The position numbers were made by a program, and so were the translations under genes. Source: Octopus vulgaris (lineage: Eukaryota). From it: a stretch of DNA of 64,000 bases. Where the stretch lies: contig OX597821.1 in assembly GCA_951406725.2 (NCBI GenBank), positions 65,472,001 to 65,536,000 of the forward strand, given 5' to 3'. How positions within the stretch are numbered: the stretch's first letter is position 1; each line of letters starts with the position of its first letter. Under the pieces are notes generated by a model. It made no database searches, was not told where the DNA came from, and saw nothing but the letters and a program-made list of their open reading frames with translations. Shown one piece after another: positions 13,000-27,637 of this stretch.

Positions 13000-13857
13000 C
13001 TATGTGTGCATGTATGTATATATGCGAGTACTTATCACTCCACTTCCAGAAAGTTCATCATTCTTCCGCATACATACTTTTTACTCTTACTTCAACATTA
13101 AAACTAAAAATTTTGCACTGCTCTTACCAGTCCTGCAACTTCTTTTTCAGAACAAGTAAGGATTTCCAAAAAATGCAATGTTATCTACTAATTATATTTG
13201 TTTTTCAACTAATTGCTTTTGAAGCCAGTGGTGTTTGCAGCTCGAGACGACTGGGAAACGGCGCTAAAACAATATGGTGTCTGCGTGAAACACTAATGAG
13301 ATATTGTGTGAGGCAAAGCTACCAGCGTCCTTTCTTCTTGCCGCTAATTTTCTTTGATGCACGTGAATGTTTTCTTTAAAACTTAAGAGGTAATATATAC
13401 TTTTTTAAATAATTAATCAACTAACGCCTTGGTTGCTTTTACAAACAGGTGGAGTCATCGTCAGTCGTACGAATTTGTTTGGTTCGTGAAAATGTTTATC
13501 GTAAAACGACAATCGGCAACGGAGATATTCAAAAGCGATTTCAAAACGAAAATATTCATATTATAACGTGTACCAACCGTGTTAAAGACTGCAGCTTGTA
13601 GCTAACGTGTGAACAGAAATGCCAGCAGTTTCCAAAATAATAGCTATATGTAAATTAGTTTAACCGTTCTTAAGCCGAGCAGTATGGTCTATTAGCATTA
13701 AGCTACATTCGCTCTGCAAAACGTGGGGGCTAAACGGAACCCAAAGACAACTAATGGCCCAGAAACAGCAGCTGCTTCAATATTTATGATGTCGTATCTT
13801 CCTTTGTATTAATTTATTCTAAGTCGAAATATTTATAAAGTTTGCACTCGGATACGT

Positions 13858-14031
13858 TCATACATACATACATACATACATACATACATACATACATACA
13901 TACATACATACATACACACATACACACATACATACACACACACACACATACATACATACATACATACATACATACATACATACATACATACATACATACA
14001 TACATACATACATACATACATACATACATAC
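13858..14031. repeat. (CATA)n microsatellite
   Basis: Direct inspection. Confidence 0.95.
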
Positions 14032-14124
14032 ATCGAAGATATGACCCACACCACAAGCAGTTGTCCGAAAACGTTATCACGGTGTTATCTATCGACGAGA
14101 CGTTTCGTTGTAGTTAAGACTGTC

Positions 14125-14654
14125 TATAATAAAATTCGTCGGAAGGATAATCCCGGGGATAAATAAATGAGAACCCACACTATGGTAGAAGTCATAGCCA
14201 CTCAATATAAAAAGGAGTACTGGTGGAATGTCCCAATGTCTCAATAAAATGTATGAAAAACAGACCTGATATCATGATTTGGGATTGAAAAGAGAAATTG
14301 TGTACAGTTGTGGAAATTAGCTGTCCAGCGGATGTGAACATAAAGCTGAAGATCACTGAAAAATAGAATACCTACACTGGACTATTGAGAAATCTACAGT
14401 TACTCTATCCATATGACAAGTTCAGGTATATACCTGTAATTATTGGGGTACTGGGATACGTAACACACTGCCTAAATGCCAATCTTGAGAAATTAGGCTC
14501 TCAAAGCAAGGAGAAAGCTAATTCGAACGCTACAGATCCAATCCATCACTGGAACTGTAAAAATGTGTAGAACTTTCCAGAGGCTTATCATTTAAATATA
14601 TATATGAGCATGTCTAGATATGCAACTATATGCATGTGAATACTTACATAAACA

Positions 14655-14743
<89 letters not shown>

Positions 14744-14870
14744 GCACGCACATACATACATATATACATAAAAATACCCTGATGTTGATGTTGAAATTCC
14801 AATGAATGGATCTAGGTTAGAAACCGGTCCTTTTTCTATTGCTAAGAAATCTTGAAATAGAACTGAACAA
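14125..14870 (+). mobile_element. 3' fragment of an RLE-endonuclease non-LTR retrotransposon (R4/Dong-like), decayed
   Basis: EYWWNVP..NRPDIMIWD*KEKLCTVVEISCPADVNI..YTGLLRNL..IPVIIGVLGYV: PD-(D/E) restriction-like endonuclease motif with stops. Confidence 0.8.
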
Positions 14871-15274
14871 TGACATACATACATACAGCATACATACAGA
14901 AAACGTTGACAGATAACAAATGTAGGCTTTGCAAGACCAAAACTAAAGCCATGAACCACAAAACTGTCAGCTGTGAGAGAGTTTCTTCCGGATATAATTT
15001 TCCCATGAGGCTTGAATGGCGGCCAGAAGAGTCTGGGACAGGATAACAAAAGTGAAAATACCTACAGACTAAATTGATTATATTGAGACCAATGGATCAC
15101 AAGAATATTGGTGGAACATACAAATTAAAACAGCCACCAAGTTAAAACACAACCGTCCAAATATCATTGTGCAGGATATGTTTTGATGTGTGCATGTGTG
15201 TGTGCGCGCGTGCGCGAACGTATATAATGATTAAGGTGGCTAGACACATTTTAAAACCAAGACGGAGCAATGTG

Positions 15275-15497
15275 TGTGTGTATGTGTGTGTCTTTGTGTC
15301 TGTGTTTGTCCCCCATCACCACTTGACAACCGGTGTTGGAGTGTTTACGTCCCCGTAACTTAGCTCTTCGGCGAAGAAACCGATAGAATAAGCACGAGAC
15401 TTAAAAGTAGAATTGTTCGACAAAAACCCTTCAAGGTGATGCTCCGGCATGGCCGCAGTCATGTCACTGAAACAGGGAAATAAATAAAACAAGAAAA

Positions 15498-15500
<3 letters not shown>
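15275..15500 (+). mobile_element. SINE family A, 3' half
   Basis: gtgtttgtcccc..cttgacaacc..tttacgtccccgtaacttag..catggccgcagtc. Confidence 0.8.
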
Positions 15501-15563
<63 letters not shown>

Positions 15564-15619
15564 GGGAGGGGGAGATGTATAAAACATGTATGCAAATCTA
15601 CATATATATATATATATAT

Positions 15620-16188
15620 ATGCAAATTCGTTATTGAAAATGCACGTAAATTTTTAAAATACACTTATTTACATATATACCAAACTAGTTTCAACAGTAT
15701 ATTTTTTTATCAATATCAAAAGTTTAAAATCATGAATTAGAAAAAACATCTTTAAAAGTTTCAATGTTGACAAATTAAAATGTTCGTAACAGACAAGTTT
15801 AGAATTGTAAATTAGGAGGACAGGTACAGGAATTTCAATGTTGACAAGTTCATAGCTTTATGCATTCAAATAAATTGATGTGCAGTTTTAATATTATTGA
15901 CTGCTATGGACATTTAAACTTGTCAACATTGAAATTCCTATACCTGTCCTCCTAATTCATTTCTAAATTTATATGTTATGAATATTTTAATTTGTCAACA
16001 GTGAAACATTTAAATTTGTCAACACTGAAACGTTTAAAGATGTTTTTTCTAATTCCTAATTTTAAACTTTTACCATTGATAAGCAAAAAATATTGTTGAA
16101 GCTAGTTTAGAATATATGTAAATAAATGTATTTTAAACATTTACAAGTTTTCCAAATTTACGTGCATTTTCAACAACACATTTACATA
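15620..16188. repeat. Long imperfect inverted repeat (foldback/MITE-like), arms ~230-270 bp, spacer ~65 bp
   Basis: aattaggaggacaggtacaggaatttcaatgttgacaagtt versus aacttgtcaacattgaaattcctatacctgtcctcctaatt; gaaaatgcacgtaaatt versus aatttacgtgcattttc. Confidence 0.9.
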
Positions 16189-16231
16189 TCTTTTTTCCTG
16201 CATGGTAACACACCTCCTCTTTTGTTATATA

Positions 16232-16462
16232 TATTTCTTTACTACCCACAAGGGACCAAACACAGAGGGGACAAACAAGGACAGACAAACGGATTAAGTC
16301 GATTACGTCGACCCCAGTGCGTAACTGGTACTTAATTTATCGACCCCGAAAGGATGAAAAGCAAAGTCGACCTCGGCGGAATTTGAACTCGGAACGTAAC
16401 GACAGACGAAATACGGCTACGCATTTCACCCGGCGTGCTAACGTTTCTGCCAGCTCGCCGCC
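16232..16462 (-). mobile_element. SINE family B, monomeric
   Basis: Match to the copies at 3768 and 50752. Confidence 0.9.
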
Positions 16463-17027
16463 TCTTTTGTTATATATATGAGCATAGATATGTGTGTGTG
16501 TGTGTGTGCGTGTGTGTATGTTTATATTGGCAACACCCACTTCCTCTTCGTCCCACCATTCTCCTGTAGACACAAAACCTACCCACTCCCTGCCAACAAA
16601 GAACAGACACACAGAACAAATTACAAAAATTCCCCTCCCGCTTTAGGTTTATTAGATAAGAAAGACGAGGTAGATATTTTCGCCGAGACGGTAGTTGAGT
16701 GTTGGTTTTTTCAGAGTTGCGGTGATGATATTGTGAGTCAAATTTTGTTATTGGAAACTGTTATATTGAACGTTGTATTCATTGTTGAATTTTTGAAAAC
16801 TGTTTTGCTGCTGCCCACTGATGGGTATGGAAGCTTAGACCTACGCGAGAGCAGCAAGCAAAAGCTTGTCTGCCGACTGGAATCAGTGTAATATAGGTTT
16901 CTATTTCACAATATCCAGGTAACTTCCAGTCTCCCATAGCTAACATTTCTCAACTATATCTTCCATCTTTATCTTCAAATCTCTTCATTGTTCAATACAT
17001 CAAAGCGATAAGTTTAGTCCGAACACC

Positions 17028-17058
<31 letters not shown>

Positions 17059-17177
17059 GCAAAGTGAAATTGTAAGGTATCGCACGAGTGGAAATATATA
17101 TGAAAGAAGGTTTGGAAATGCAATTTTAAAGATGTGTATTCACTTGACCGGTTTATATATATATATATATATATAAA

Positions 17178-17412
17178 GTAGTTGTATGCTGTCAACTTAA
17201 TGTGGCAGTCCCATGAGGGAATAGTACTACTGCTATTTAGCTCTGGATGCTGGCTTAGACAGGTGGAGGTGCTTATCTCCTCCTTGTAAACATAAGGACA
17301 CAGGAAATGTGTCAAGACCGACAGGAAGCGGTGCTGTATCCTAGCGCCAAATAGCAGTAGTATTATTTCCCTCTCATGGGACTGTCACATTAAGTTCACA
17401 GCATATAACTAC
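17178..17412. mobile_element. MITE-like element with ~70-bp terminal inverted repeats
   Basis: gtagttgtatgctgtcaacttaatgtggcagtcccatgag..tactactgctattt versus aaatagcagtagta..ctcatgggactgtcacattaagttcacagcatataactac. Confidence 0.8.
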
Positions 17413-17465
17413 ATTATCGTATCACTACCGTATAAATCTCTCTGAGAGATTTAGAAATGTATTAT

Positions 17466-17528
<63 letters not shown>

Positions 17529-17884
17529 TGTGTACGTGTATATATGTGAGTGTGTGTATGCATATAAATGAGCGTGTGCATGTATGAATAAAAAGAAACA
17601 AACTGACAATTGTTTTTATTAGAAGAGTCGAAATGTGTATTGTACGATACAAACAAGAACATATTTTGTCGAAGTATTGCTGTTAGAACAGCAGAAATAC
17701 AAGGCAGGGTCAACAAATAGCTATGGAACTCGGATGCTTGCCCCCACCCCAATCTTCGGTTGGGTGCTTTACGGTTAAGCTATACTACCCGCTCACAAAT
17801 TTATCCGCTGACTAATCGAACAGCCCGTGTTGTGTATATACATGGATGCGTGCAAATGTATACATGAGAAGGAAGAGGAGGCGG

Positions 17885-18225
17885 AGGACATCCCCTTTAG
17901 TTATGAATGACCATGAGATTGCACCTAGAAAGTTACCCCCGAGGTACAATGTATGTATATACAAACAAGTGTTTGTGGAAGGCCAGCAGTCGCCCATGGT
18001 ACCGGCCTCGCCTCTCCACACCACAGATGTTAACCAAGGGAAAGGAAAATGGGTCGATACAGCTTGACACCAGCGACGTTGCAACTCATTTCTACAGCTG
18101 GGTGAACTGGAGCAACGCGAAATAAAGTGTCTTGCTCAAGAACACCACACGCAGCCCGGTCCGGGAATCGAACTCACAACCTCACGATTGTTAGCTCTAA
18201 GCTCTAACCACTGAGCCATGCGTCT
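17885..18225 (-). mobile_element. tRNA-derived SINE family C (CORE-like ttcttgagcaagacac)
   Basis: Head cgcatggctcagtggttagag..gagttcgattccc; second copy at 57757-58072. Confidence 0.85.
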
Positions 18226-19277
18226 TCACAGACACGCACACATATATATATATATGTGTGTGTGTGTGCATAATATTGCTATGAAATAAAATTTTATGGA
18301 GTACGCAATATGTTTTTGTCGAATCAGTGTAGGTAAGAGAAATATTGTTTTCAGCATCGTTTTATTTCGTCCCTTTCTGCTTAACTCTACTGTTCTACCT
18401 GCAAGTAACACTTTATGACATAATGTACCTTGTAACTATAAGAAAATATGCTTAGCTAATTAGCTGGCACGCAGTTATCTTGAGGCTGTAAGGTTTCTTC
18501 AAATCGATATTTCCCTAACACACATACACCATTAAATGGATTATTTGGGACTACATTCACTAGATTCAGTGAAAAGCAAGATTGAATCTATTTTATACAC
18601 GTGATATTTAACTTAAGTTTTAGTTGTCTTTAGATTTGCTTCGACTAGAGTGTTTCCCGCAGTCAAACTGACATAAATATGCAGATTTAAAAGCTGAATG
18701 TGAAGTGAAAAACATGTCTGTGAGGCTAAAGGCTACTTTTAACATTTTCATGGCTGAATTACACGGTTCGGCAATGACTGAAGAGAAAGGAACAGGCCAT
18801 GTAACCGGCTTGGCTAATACTAATGCTGTTGTGTTGTATGGTTTTACTGTGTGTGTGTGTCTGTGTATGTGTGCGTATGTGTGTGCGTACGTGTGCACCT
18901 GTATTTGTGAGCGTTTGCGTGTGTGTGTGTGTGTGTGTGTGTGCGGCGCACATATATTTGTGTGTGTGTGATTGTGAGAGTGTATGTGAGTCTCTTCAAA
19001 CTTATGCACATATACACACTCACACACACACATATATATATATTATATAATTATATATATATATGTATATATAATTAATTAATAAGGGTGAGAGAATTAG
19101 ATACTAATTTAATAGTATATTTATTCCACACCAAGTGGCCTAGTGCTACGAGAAACCTCCACTCTCTTATATTTATTATATGTATATATATATATATGTA
19201 TATATATATATGTTTCTATATATAAGTATAAATTTGATTGCGTGTATATATATATATATTTATATACACATGCGTAT

Positions 19278-19321
<44 letters not shown>

Positions 19322-20221
19322 ATATATATATGTGTGTGTGTATGTATGTATGCATGCATTTATATACTGGCCAGTAGCACTGTCTCATGGGACGCCACAC
19401 TTGGTTGCCAATTGTATGTTACTATTCCGTATTGCTACAGTTCACATCTTGTTCAGAGATTTAATATAGTATATATATATATATATATAATACATAAATG
19501 GGACAAGAACGCGAAACATCTAAACAGTTAGGTGATACAAAAAAGGGACAACATACATCCTGATAGACGATAAAAAGAAAACAAGGACGGGTCATTCGGA
19601 GTTTTCTATCCTCAGACGTGTTTCCGAATATCTTTGCAATTTCGGCTGGTTTTACTCGAGATTGCTCCAATCTGACCAGTCCCAAGGAAAATTAAGCTAA
19701 AAGCATTAGATTCCTTGGAAGAAATCAGCGAATATATATGAAAACAAGGACGGAAAATAAAAGAGGAGTGTTACACAAATACAATTGCAAGTAACAGGAC
19801 ATAACAACAGAGGTCTTTCGACTAAGGACGAATTAAATTAAGCTGGCGAGTGTGGAAGTAAAAGCCTTACTGAAGGGGCGTACGATTAGACATGCACAGG
19901 GAATATAGATGTTACGCCGATGGTAGTGGAACCAAGAAAGAAATGTCAGGCTTGGCAGAACTCCAGTCACGTGGAGAGAGAAGAGAGTGGTAGAGGCCGA
20001 TAGATAGAAGAATTAAAAGGAGGGGCGAGAAAAATATGAAAGGGACACAGTGAAGTGAAGGGGAAGGAAAATAAGCCCGAAGAGAAGGCCAGAAAATGTG
20101 AGAGACGGGGAACGAAAGAACGAAATAATCGTGGAACGAACGAAATAAGCTTGAAAGGGCTGATAGAAAGAAAAAAAGAATGAAAGAAGAGAAAGAATAA
20201 TAGAGTCGGACAATATTTATA

Positions 20222-20283
<62 letters not shown>

Positions 20284-20410
20284 GAGATATCCATAATATC
20301 CTAGAACATATAAATGTTCTGAAAACTCCTTGAATACATATATGGTGGCACCAAGCGAGTTAGAAAATTTTGACTGAGCTGTTTTCATTGCATGAAACTA
20401 TTCGTCGCTC

Positions 20411-20607
20411 ATCGCCATGATAGAACGCCAGCTACTGCACATTCTTTATTTTCTCTTCTTGTTTCTTTCAGCGTTCCTTTCTGTGAAAAGAGCGTAGGCT
20501 CGAAACGTTAAAGACTTCTTCACTTCCCGAGCGTTATACTAATACATCTGTTTGTTTTCTACACCACGTGTTTTCGTCTTTTGCTTTTTTTTTGTGAATT
20601 CTCCCCT
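20411..20607 (+). mobile_element. ~200-bp element with a degenerate hammerhead-like motif (20476-20514)
   Basis: Starts tcgccatg; ctttCTGTGAAAAgagcgtaggctcGAAACGTTaaag; homologous to 59626-59835. Confidence 0.65.
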
Positions 20608-20647
20608 TAAATATTACATAGTTACATACATGTATACATACATATTT

Positions 20648-20733
<86 letters not shown>

Positions 20734-20734
20734 A

Positions 20735-21760
20735 GGCGCAAGAGTGGCTGTGTGGTAAGTAGCTTGATAACCAACCACATGGTTCCGGGTTCAGTCCCAC
20801 TGCGTGGCATCTTGGGCAAGTGTCCTCTGCTATAGCCTCGGGCCGACCAAAACCTTGTGAGTGGATTTGGTAGATGGAAACTAAAAGCAGCCTGTCGTAT
20901 ATGTGTGTTTTTTTCTTTTCTTTTCTTTTCTTTGCTCCACAAAATGCCTTCAGCTTTTAGAAATTCTAACATAGCAGTTTTGTGAAGGGAACAGTAGTGT
21001 GACAAGTATCTTATCATATAGCATGAAATTATACCCACCTCATTGTGGATTAATCATGGATAGATTCATCGTCTGTGAGTATAAAATATCTCCTCATATC
21101 TCTGGAAATTTGCACCTACATTATGGATTGATTCATCTTCTCTGTGAAGCTAATAAGCTTTTTTAAAACCTGTGATAAGACTGTACATCATCATTAAAGA
21201 ACTTTGGAAGTCCGCTTACAACCTGAATTTGCTTTTTATAAAATTATCTCCGATACTTCATGAGTGTAGCCTCACCCACTAAGATGTTTGGAGAACTCAT
21301 ATGTGTTTTAGCTGATGAGTATGGGACACTTGTATTTGCTGCAATATTTGCAGCTTTTAATAAAGCCTGTCTTTGTATGAACTAATCCATTCTTGTTGCT
21401 TTTTTCTCGTTTATAATCACCCCACATTATTGTATGGTTAATACCATATAGTTTTCTGGTGCATCTAAGTTAAGTACCGCATTCAAGTGAATTCATTAGA
21501 ACTGACTTGAATCTTAATTGCTTTTACTATATATATATATATATGTATGTGTGTGTCTGTGTTTGTCCCTCTAGCATTGCTTGACAACCGATGCTGGTGT
21601 GTTTACGTCCCCGTCACTTAGCGGTTCGGCAAAACAGACCGATAGAATAAGGACAAAGAATAAGTCTCGGGGTCGATTTGCTCGACTAAAGGCGGTGCTC
21701 CAGCATGGCCGCAGTCAAATGACTGAAACAAGTAAAAGAGTAAAGAGTAAAAAAGAGTAT
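20735..21760 (+). mobile_element. SINE family A split by a ~600-bp insertion in its internal microsatellite
   Basis: 5' half 20735-20905, 3' half ~21545-21760. Confidence 0.8.
20930..21528 (+). mobile_element. Diverged PLE 3'/pLTR fragment related to the 31081-32460 element; dead hammerhead at 21308-21385
   Basis: cattcttgttgctt..ttataatcacccc..tctggtgcatc..ttaagtacc matches the reverse complement of 31081-31200; ttagCTGATGA...GAActaa. Confidence 0.7.
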
Positions 21761-22121
21761 ATATAAATATACATATGCATATATGCATACATATATACAT
21801 ACGTATAAATATATGCATATATAGATAGCAAGAGAGAGAGTGGGGAGTGAGAGAAATATAAATATAAATATGTGTGTGTATGCATATATAAGTATATATG
21901 AATATATACATCCACATAACGTGAGCGTCTGTGAATGAAAGAGACGTCTCAGTGTCTAAATGTCTGCAAATGTGAACAAACATCATTTAACCATCAGGAC
22001 GATGGAATAAATTAATAATGGAACAATTAACGAACATCATTCTTTAAAACCAACACCTTTCTCAAACACTTCACATGTCTGTTTGCCAACTAACGAGTGT
22101 CTACATTTAAGTGTACCTGAA

Positions 22122-22211
<90 letters not shown>

Positions 22212-22584
22212 CACATATACATATGAGTGTCCATGTGAGTATATAAGTTTTAGCTAACTTATATATGTGTATATGTGTATGTTAGTGTTGGTGGAATGTG
22301 CTTCAGCAATTATCAACGTATGTATGTGTTTGAGTGTATTAATGAGTTTTTCTAAGTTTTTAAGTGCTGCTCTGTCATTAAATACCAAGATGAGTTTGAT
22401 AGTATGCATCGAGGATTGCATGTGTGTATGTAGAATCAATTATGCATATACATACATACATATGTATATATATATATATGTATATGTTTATATATATATA
22501 ATATAAATCTATATTTATACATGTGCATAACATATATGCGTGTGTATATATATATTTCTTTACTAAGTAAATATATTTCTATAC

Positions 22585-22621
<37 letters not shown>

Positions 22622-23134
22622 ATATCGATGCGTTTTGCTGCTTGTATGAATTTCTCAATGAGCTTCGAATTGTCTAATTGCCTCTCCATATCAGCAAATG
22701 TCTAGACGCGTGCGGGTGATTGAGTGGGATATGTATGTGCTTGTTCGGTTTATGTATGTGTGAGTGTGTGTGAGAGAGAGAGAGAGACAACATCCTATAT
22801 ATATATGTGTGTGTGTGAGGGTGGGTGTGGCTGCATCATTTCAACCTATATGCCTACGTGTCACTAAATTGTTAGATAAATGTGTGTAGTGTGTGAGTGT
22901 GTGTATGTGTGTGAGTGTGTGGGTATGTGTGTTAGATTTCTGATTAATGAATGTCTGCGTACTCGTAGTGCGACTCTAGTAAAAGTGCATGTGTGTGTGT
23001 GTTTGTGTGTGTATGTGTGCACATGTGTGTGTATATGTGTGTGTGTCTGGTGTGTTTGTGTGTGTATTTGCTCATCTCTATTATATCGTACCTACTTGTG
23101 TATTGCATAGGTTATATGTGTGTATGTGTGTGAT

Positions 23135-23455
23135 GGCGCGTAGCTAAGTGGTTAGCGGTGTTCTGATCAAAATCGTAAGGTCGTGGGTTCGATTCGTTGC
23201 AGCGCGTTGTGTCCTTCAGCAAGACACTTTATTTCATGTTGCTCCAGCCCACTCATCTGGTAAAATTGAGGAGTACCTGTAATTCAAAGGACCAGCATTG
23301 TCCTATTCTGTGTCATGTTAACTCTCCCTGATGACTACATTATGATTAAAAGTATTTGTGAAGTACTCAGCCACTTGCATCTTAATTACACGAGTAGGCT
23401 GATTGTTTTAATTAGATCAACTGGATCCCTCGTCGTTGTAATCGATGTAGTGTCA
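23135..23455 (+). mobile_element. tRNA-derived SINE family D
   Basis: tagctaagtggtta / ggttcgattc boxes; gtccttcagcaagacac; tail ccctcgtcgttgtaatcga. Confidence 0.75.
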
Positions 23456-24624
23456 TTTCTTTTTTGCGCATGCATTTGTGCAATGCATTAGATTGCAGCC
23501 AACACATACCAGTAACATTTTCTCTCCATAATTACCACAACAAATCATATGAATGCAGAGGTGGCCGAGTGCTTAAGCAGTGAGCTACTCAAGCATAAGA
23601 TCTGAATTTCGATTCCCTTGCGCGGAATTCTGGCAGGTCCCTTTTACTAAAGAGTTGTGTATGAAATTTGACCGACGGAACCTGGGAGTATAGTAAAATC
23701 TTAAGTAAATATTATGAACAGGCCAAGGGTTCAGACGGTAGTCTGAATTTTGATGGTGAGATAGCTACTTCGTCTTCTAGATCAAGCAACAGTACAAAGG
23801 TTTCGTAGCTGTCTCTTTTCTTATATAGATGCAGAAATGGCCGTGTGCTTAAGCAGCGAGTTACACAATAACGAGGCTCAAGTTTTGACCTCCTGGTGTA
23901 GCATTTCTTGCTGGTCTTTTTTTACTAAAGAAATGTGTGTGAAATTGGACAGATGGAAACTGTGTGGAAATTCGTCACGTGTATTGTGGTCGTAATTCAA
24001 AGGTCTAGTTTTGTCCAATGTTATACGAAGCTGTAAAGTAGCAAGCTGGCAGAATCGTTTGTGCTCCGGGGTAAGAATGCTTAGCGGCATTTTGTCCAAG
24101 TTTACGTTTTCAGTTAACCCCTTTCGAGGTTCATGTAATCGACTTACACTCTACCCCTGGAATTGCTCGCTTTGTGCCAAAATTTAAAGTTAATATTATA
24201 CGAAGCTTATTCGACTTGAGAGTTACATTAATGGTACACACATCTGTGAAATGCTCAGCCACTTACACGTTAATTTACCGAATTAATAGCTTAGTTGATC
24301 AACCAACTAAACTATCAATGTGGAAACCGACAGAGGATGCACCATCCAGTCAACTGCACAGCTAGAGTGTGTGTGCCTAGTAGGGCAGCCTTTGAGTTTG
24401 CTTGCTTCCTTCACCCACGACACCTGGAAAGGCTTTATACTGCAGGCCAAAAAGTGCGGCCTTCATTAGAGCGCCATCCGGAGCGAACCGACCCTTGCCC
24501 ACAATTCACCCAACGGTGTGCGTTTAGTATATTCACAGATTTTGACCATTTGTCCGTCTTGTGTATCATATGCAATACACAGGTCATATTTCCCTGGCGT
24601 GTATAGATCATATATGAAACACGT

Positions 24625-25125
<501 letters not shown>

Positions 25126-26152
25126 ATGCCCAGGTTTTTTTCTAACATCAAAGTAACTTGGGACTTACGAAAAGAAAGCTTTCCATTACTAGGACGTGAA
25201 TGTGGCGAGCGGACAGAATCGTGAACAAGCTAGACAAAATGCTAAGAGTTATTTAATCTCTCTTCATTTTCTGAGATCAAATTCCGCTGAAATCGACATT
25301 TACTTACATCCTTATCGGGGTCGATAAGATAAGTAGCAATCATTTACTGGGGTCATCTATGTAATCGACTAGTGCCCTCCAGCATAATTTCAATCTTTGT
25401 GTCTGTAGTAGAAAAGATTTTACTCAGAACGCATGAAACGAAACGCAACTAAAAGTCTAAAGACCTACATGGAGGTTTAGGCCAAACAAATGACAATGTT
25501 GTGAACAGACAAAGGGTTACGGTAGAGTAAGATCTGATAGCAATATAGTTACTAAGCCTTGTAGATTGAGCAATCGTATATGGACCTCTTAGCTGTCTCC
25601 TTTATTATCAATATTTTTTTTCATTTAACTACTTCGTCAGGGAGTGAAGAATTGACTCCCTGAGCAACTACAATTCTTTCATTTTTTTATATTTTCAGGC
25701 TTCTGCTAGATGGAAATGAAGATAATATCCTCAAACTGGAAAGCTGGAAGACTTCAAGCAGAAAAAAAACTCCACTAAAAGTAGCCAAGCAGCAGATTGT
25801 GTTTTTAGATACCCGATGGATTAAATACACAGCATATGAACATAGAACATTTAGGCTCGCAAAAATAGACGAGAGCATCTTGTCAAATTCCCTGACAAAT
25901 TCACCTGACCATTGGATTGGATTGGTGCTTTCGTTTTATGACCCTTTGAACGCTGGGAGGCAAGAAAAACATAACGGTATTTGAACTCAGAATACGGTGA
26001 GTTATAACAAATACTGCAAAACAATCGTGTCTGAAAAATGAAAAGCAAAGCTGATCATAGTGGGATCCGAACATAGAACATACAGGACCGTAACTAAACG
26101 CCAAAACATTATTTGCACTCTTTACCCATTCTAATATGGCCAAATGCTTAAG

Positions 26153-26560
26153 ACGGCAAGCTGACAGAAACGTTAGCAAACAGAAATGCTTAATAAAGAA
26201 ATAGGTATTTCGTCTGCCGCTACGTTCTGAGTTCAAATTCCGCCGAGGTCGACTTTGCCTTTCATCCTTTCGGGGTCGATTAAATAAGTACCAGTTACGC
26301 ACTGGGGTCGATATAATCCACTTAATCCATTTGTCTGTCCTTGTTTGTCCTTTCTGTGTTTAGCCCCTTGTGGATAGTAAAGAAATAAGGTATTTCGTCT
26401 GCCTTTACGTTCTGAGTTCAAATTCCGCCGAGGTTAACTTTGCCATTCATCCTTTCGGGGTCGATAAATTAAGTACCAGTTACGCACAGGAGTCGATGTA
26501 ATCGATTTGTCTGTCCTTGTTTGTCCCCTCTATGTTTAGCCCCTTGTGAGCAATAAAAAA
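26153..26560 (+). mobile_element. SINE family B, dimeric
   Basis: Two body units joined at aaagaaataaGGTATTTCGTC. Confidence 0.85.
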
Positions 26561-27016
26561 AATAAATATAGCCAAATGCTTAGTAGTTGTATTCATTGGT
26601 GGTGGTGTTGGTGGTGGTGGAGGAGGAAGAGGAGGTGGAGGTGGTGGCAACTAAAACATTGCGTGGTAAATAAACATTTATTCTCTCTGTAATGAAGGAG
26701 AAGACGATATGAAGAAGGACCGGTGTGTGTGTGTGTGTGTGAACATAAGTTTATTGTTTCATGATTTTGATGACGGAACAATACACTGACTGAAAGCGTC
26801 AATACATACCTCCATTGTTTTGAACGGTGGCAACAACGGTAAATAGTTGCAGAAAGTGGTGGTGATGGTGAAGGTGACGATGGTGGTGGTGGTGGCGATA
26901 GTGATGAAGGTGGTGGTGGTGGTGGTGGCGGCGGCGGCGGAACAGTGTTGATGCTTTAGTTGGTGGCCGTTATATTGTAAAGAATAGAAAGAAAGAGCAA
27001 CGACTTCAACAACAAT

Positions 27017-27047
<31 letters not shown>

Positions 27048-27207
27048 GTATACCAGCATAGGAAATGCAAAGTTTCATTGTTAAAGACTGTGGCACGGTA
27101 TTAAAAGAGCATGCTGAAGGTGGGCAGTTAAGAATACTCGTAACGTCAAAAGTCAACACTGTATGTGTGTGTAGAGAGAGAGAGAAATATATATATGTAT
27201 ATAAGTA

Positions 27208-27253
<46 letters not shown>

Positions 27254-27292
27254 AATATGTACATATATATCTGTAGATACATACTTATATAT

Positions 27293-27323
<31 letters not shown>

Positions 27324-27365
27324 CGTACATACGATATGTGTATGTGTGTGTATATATATATATAT

Positions 27366-27404
<39 letters not shown>

Positions 27405-27430
27405 TAGACAGTAGATAGCTACTTAGGTAC

Positions 27431-27461
<31 letters not shown>

Positions 27462-27567
27462 CATACAAAAATACCTACGTACATAGCTATATATTCATAT
27501 ATATATATATATATGGTATATATACATAGCTATATATGTATATCTACATACTTATATATGTATACAT

Positions 27568-27637
<70 letters not shown>

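Noticed and set aside
14095-14145. CCGACGA...GAAACGUC on the minus strand as a hammerhead
   Set aside because: Core mismatch, poor stems, and partial overlap with the LINE coding remnant.
18640-18825. KYADLKAECE-containing segment as an exon or RLE-LINE relic
   Set aside because: Stops in all frames after the acceptor, and the similarity to RLE domains is too short to support.
25699-25984. Strong acceptor followed by a ~95-codon open frame
   Set aside because: No good donor, no recognisable motif, and the distal part looks like decayed SINE sequence.
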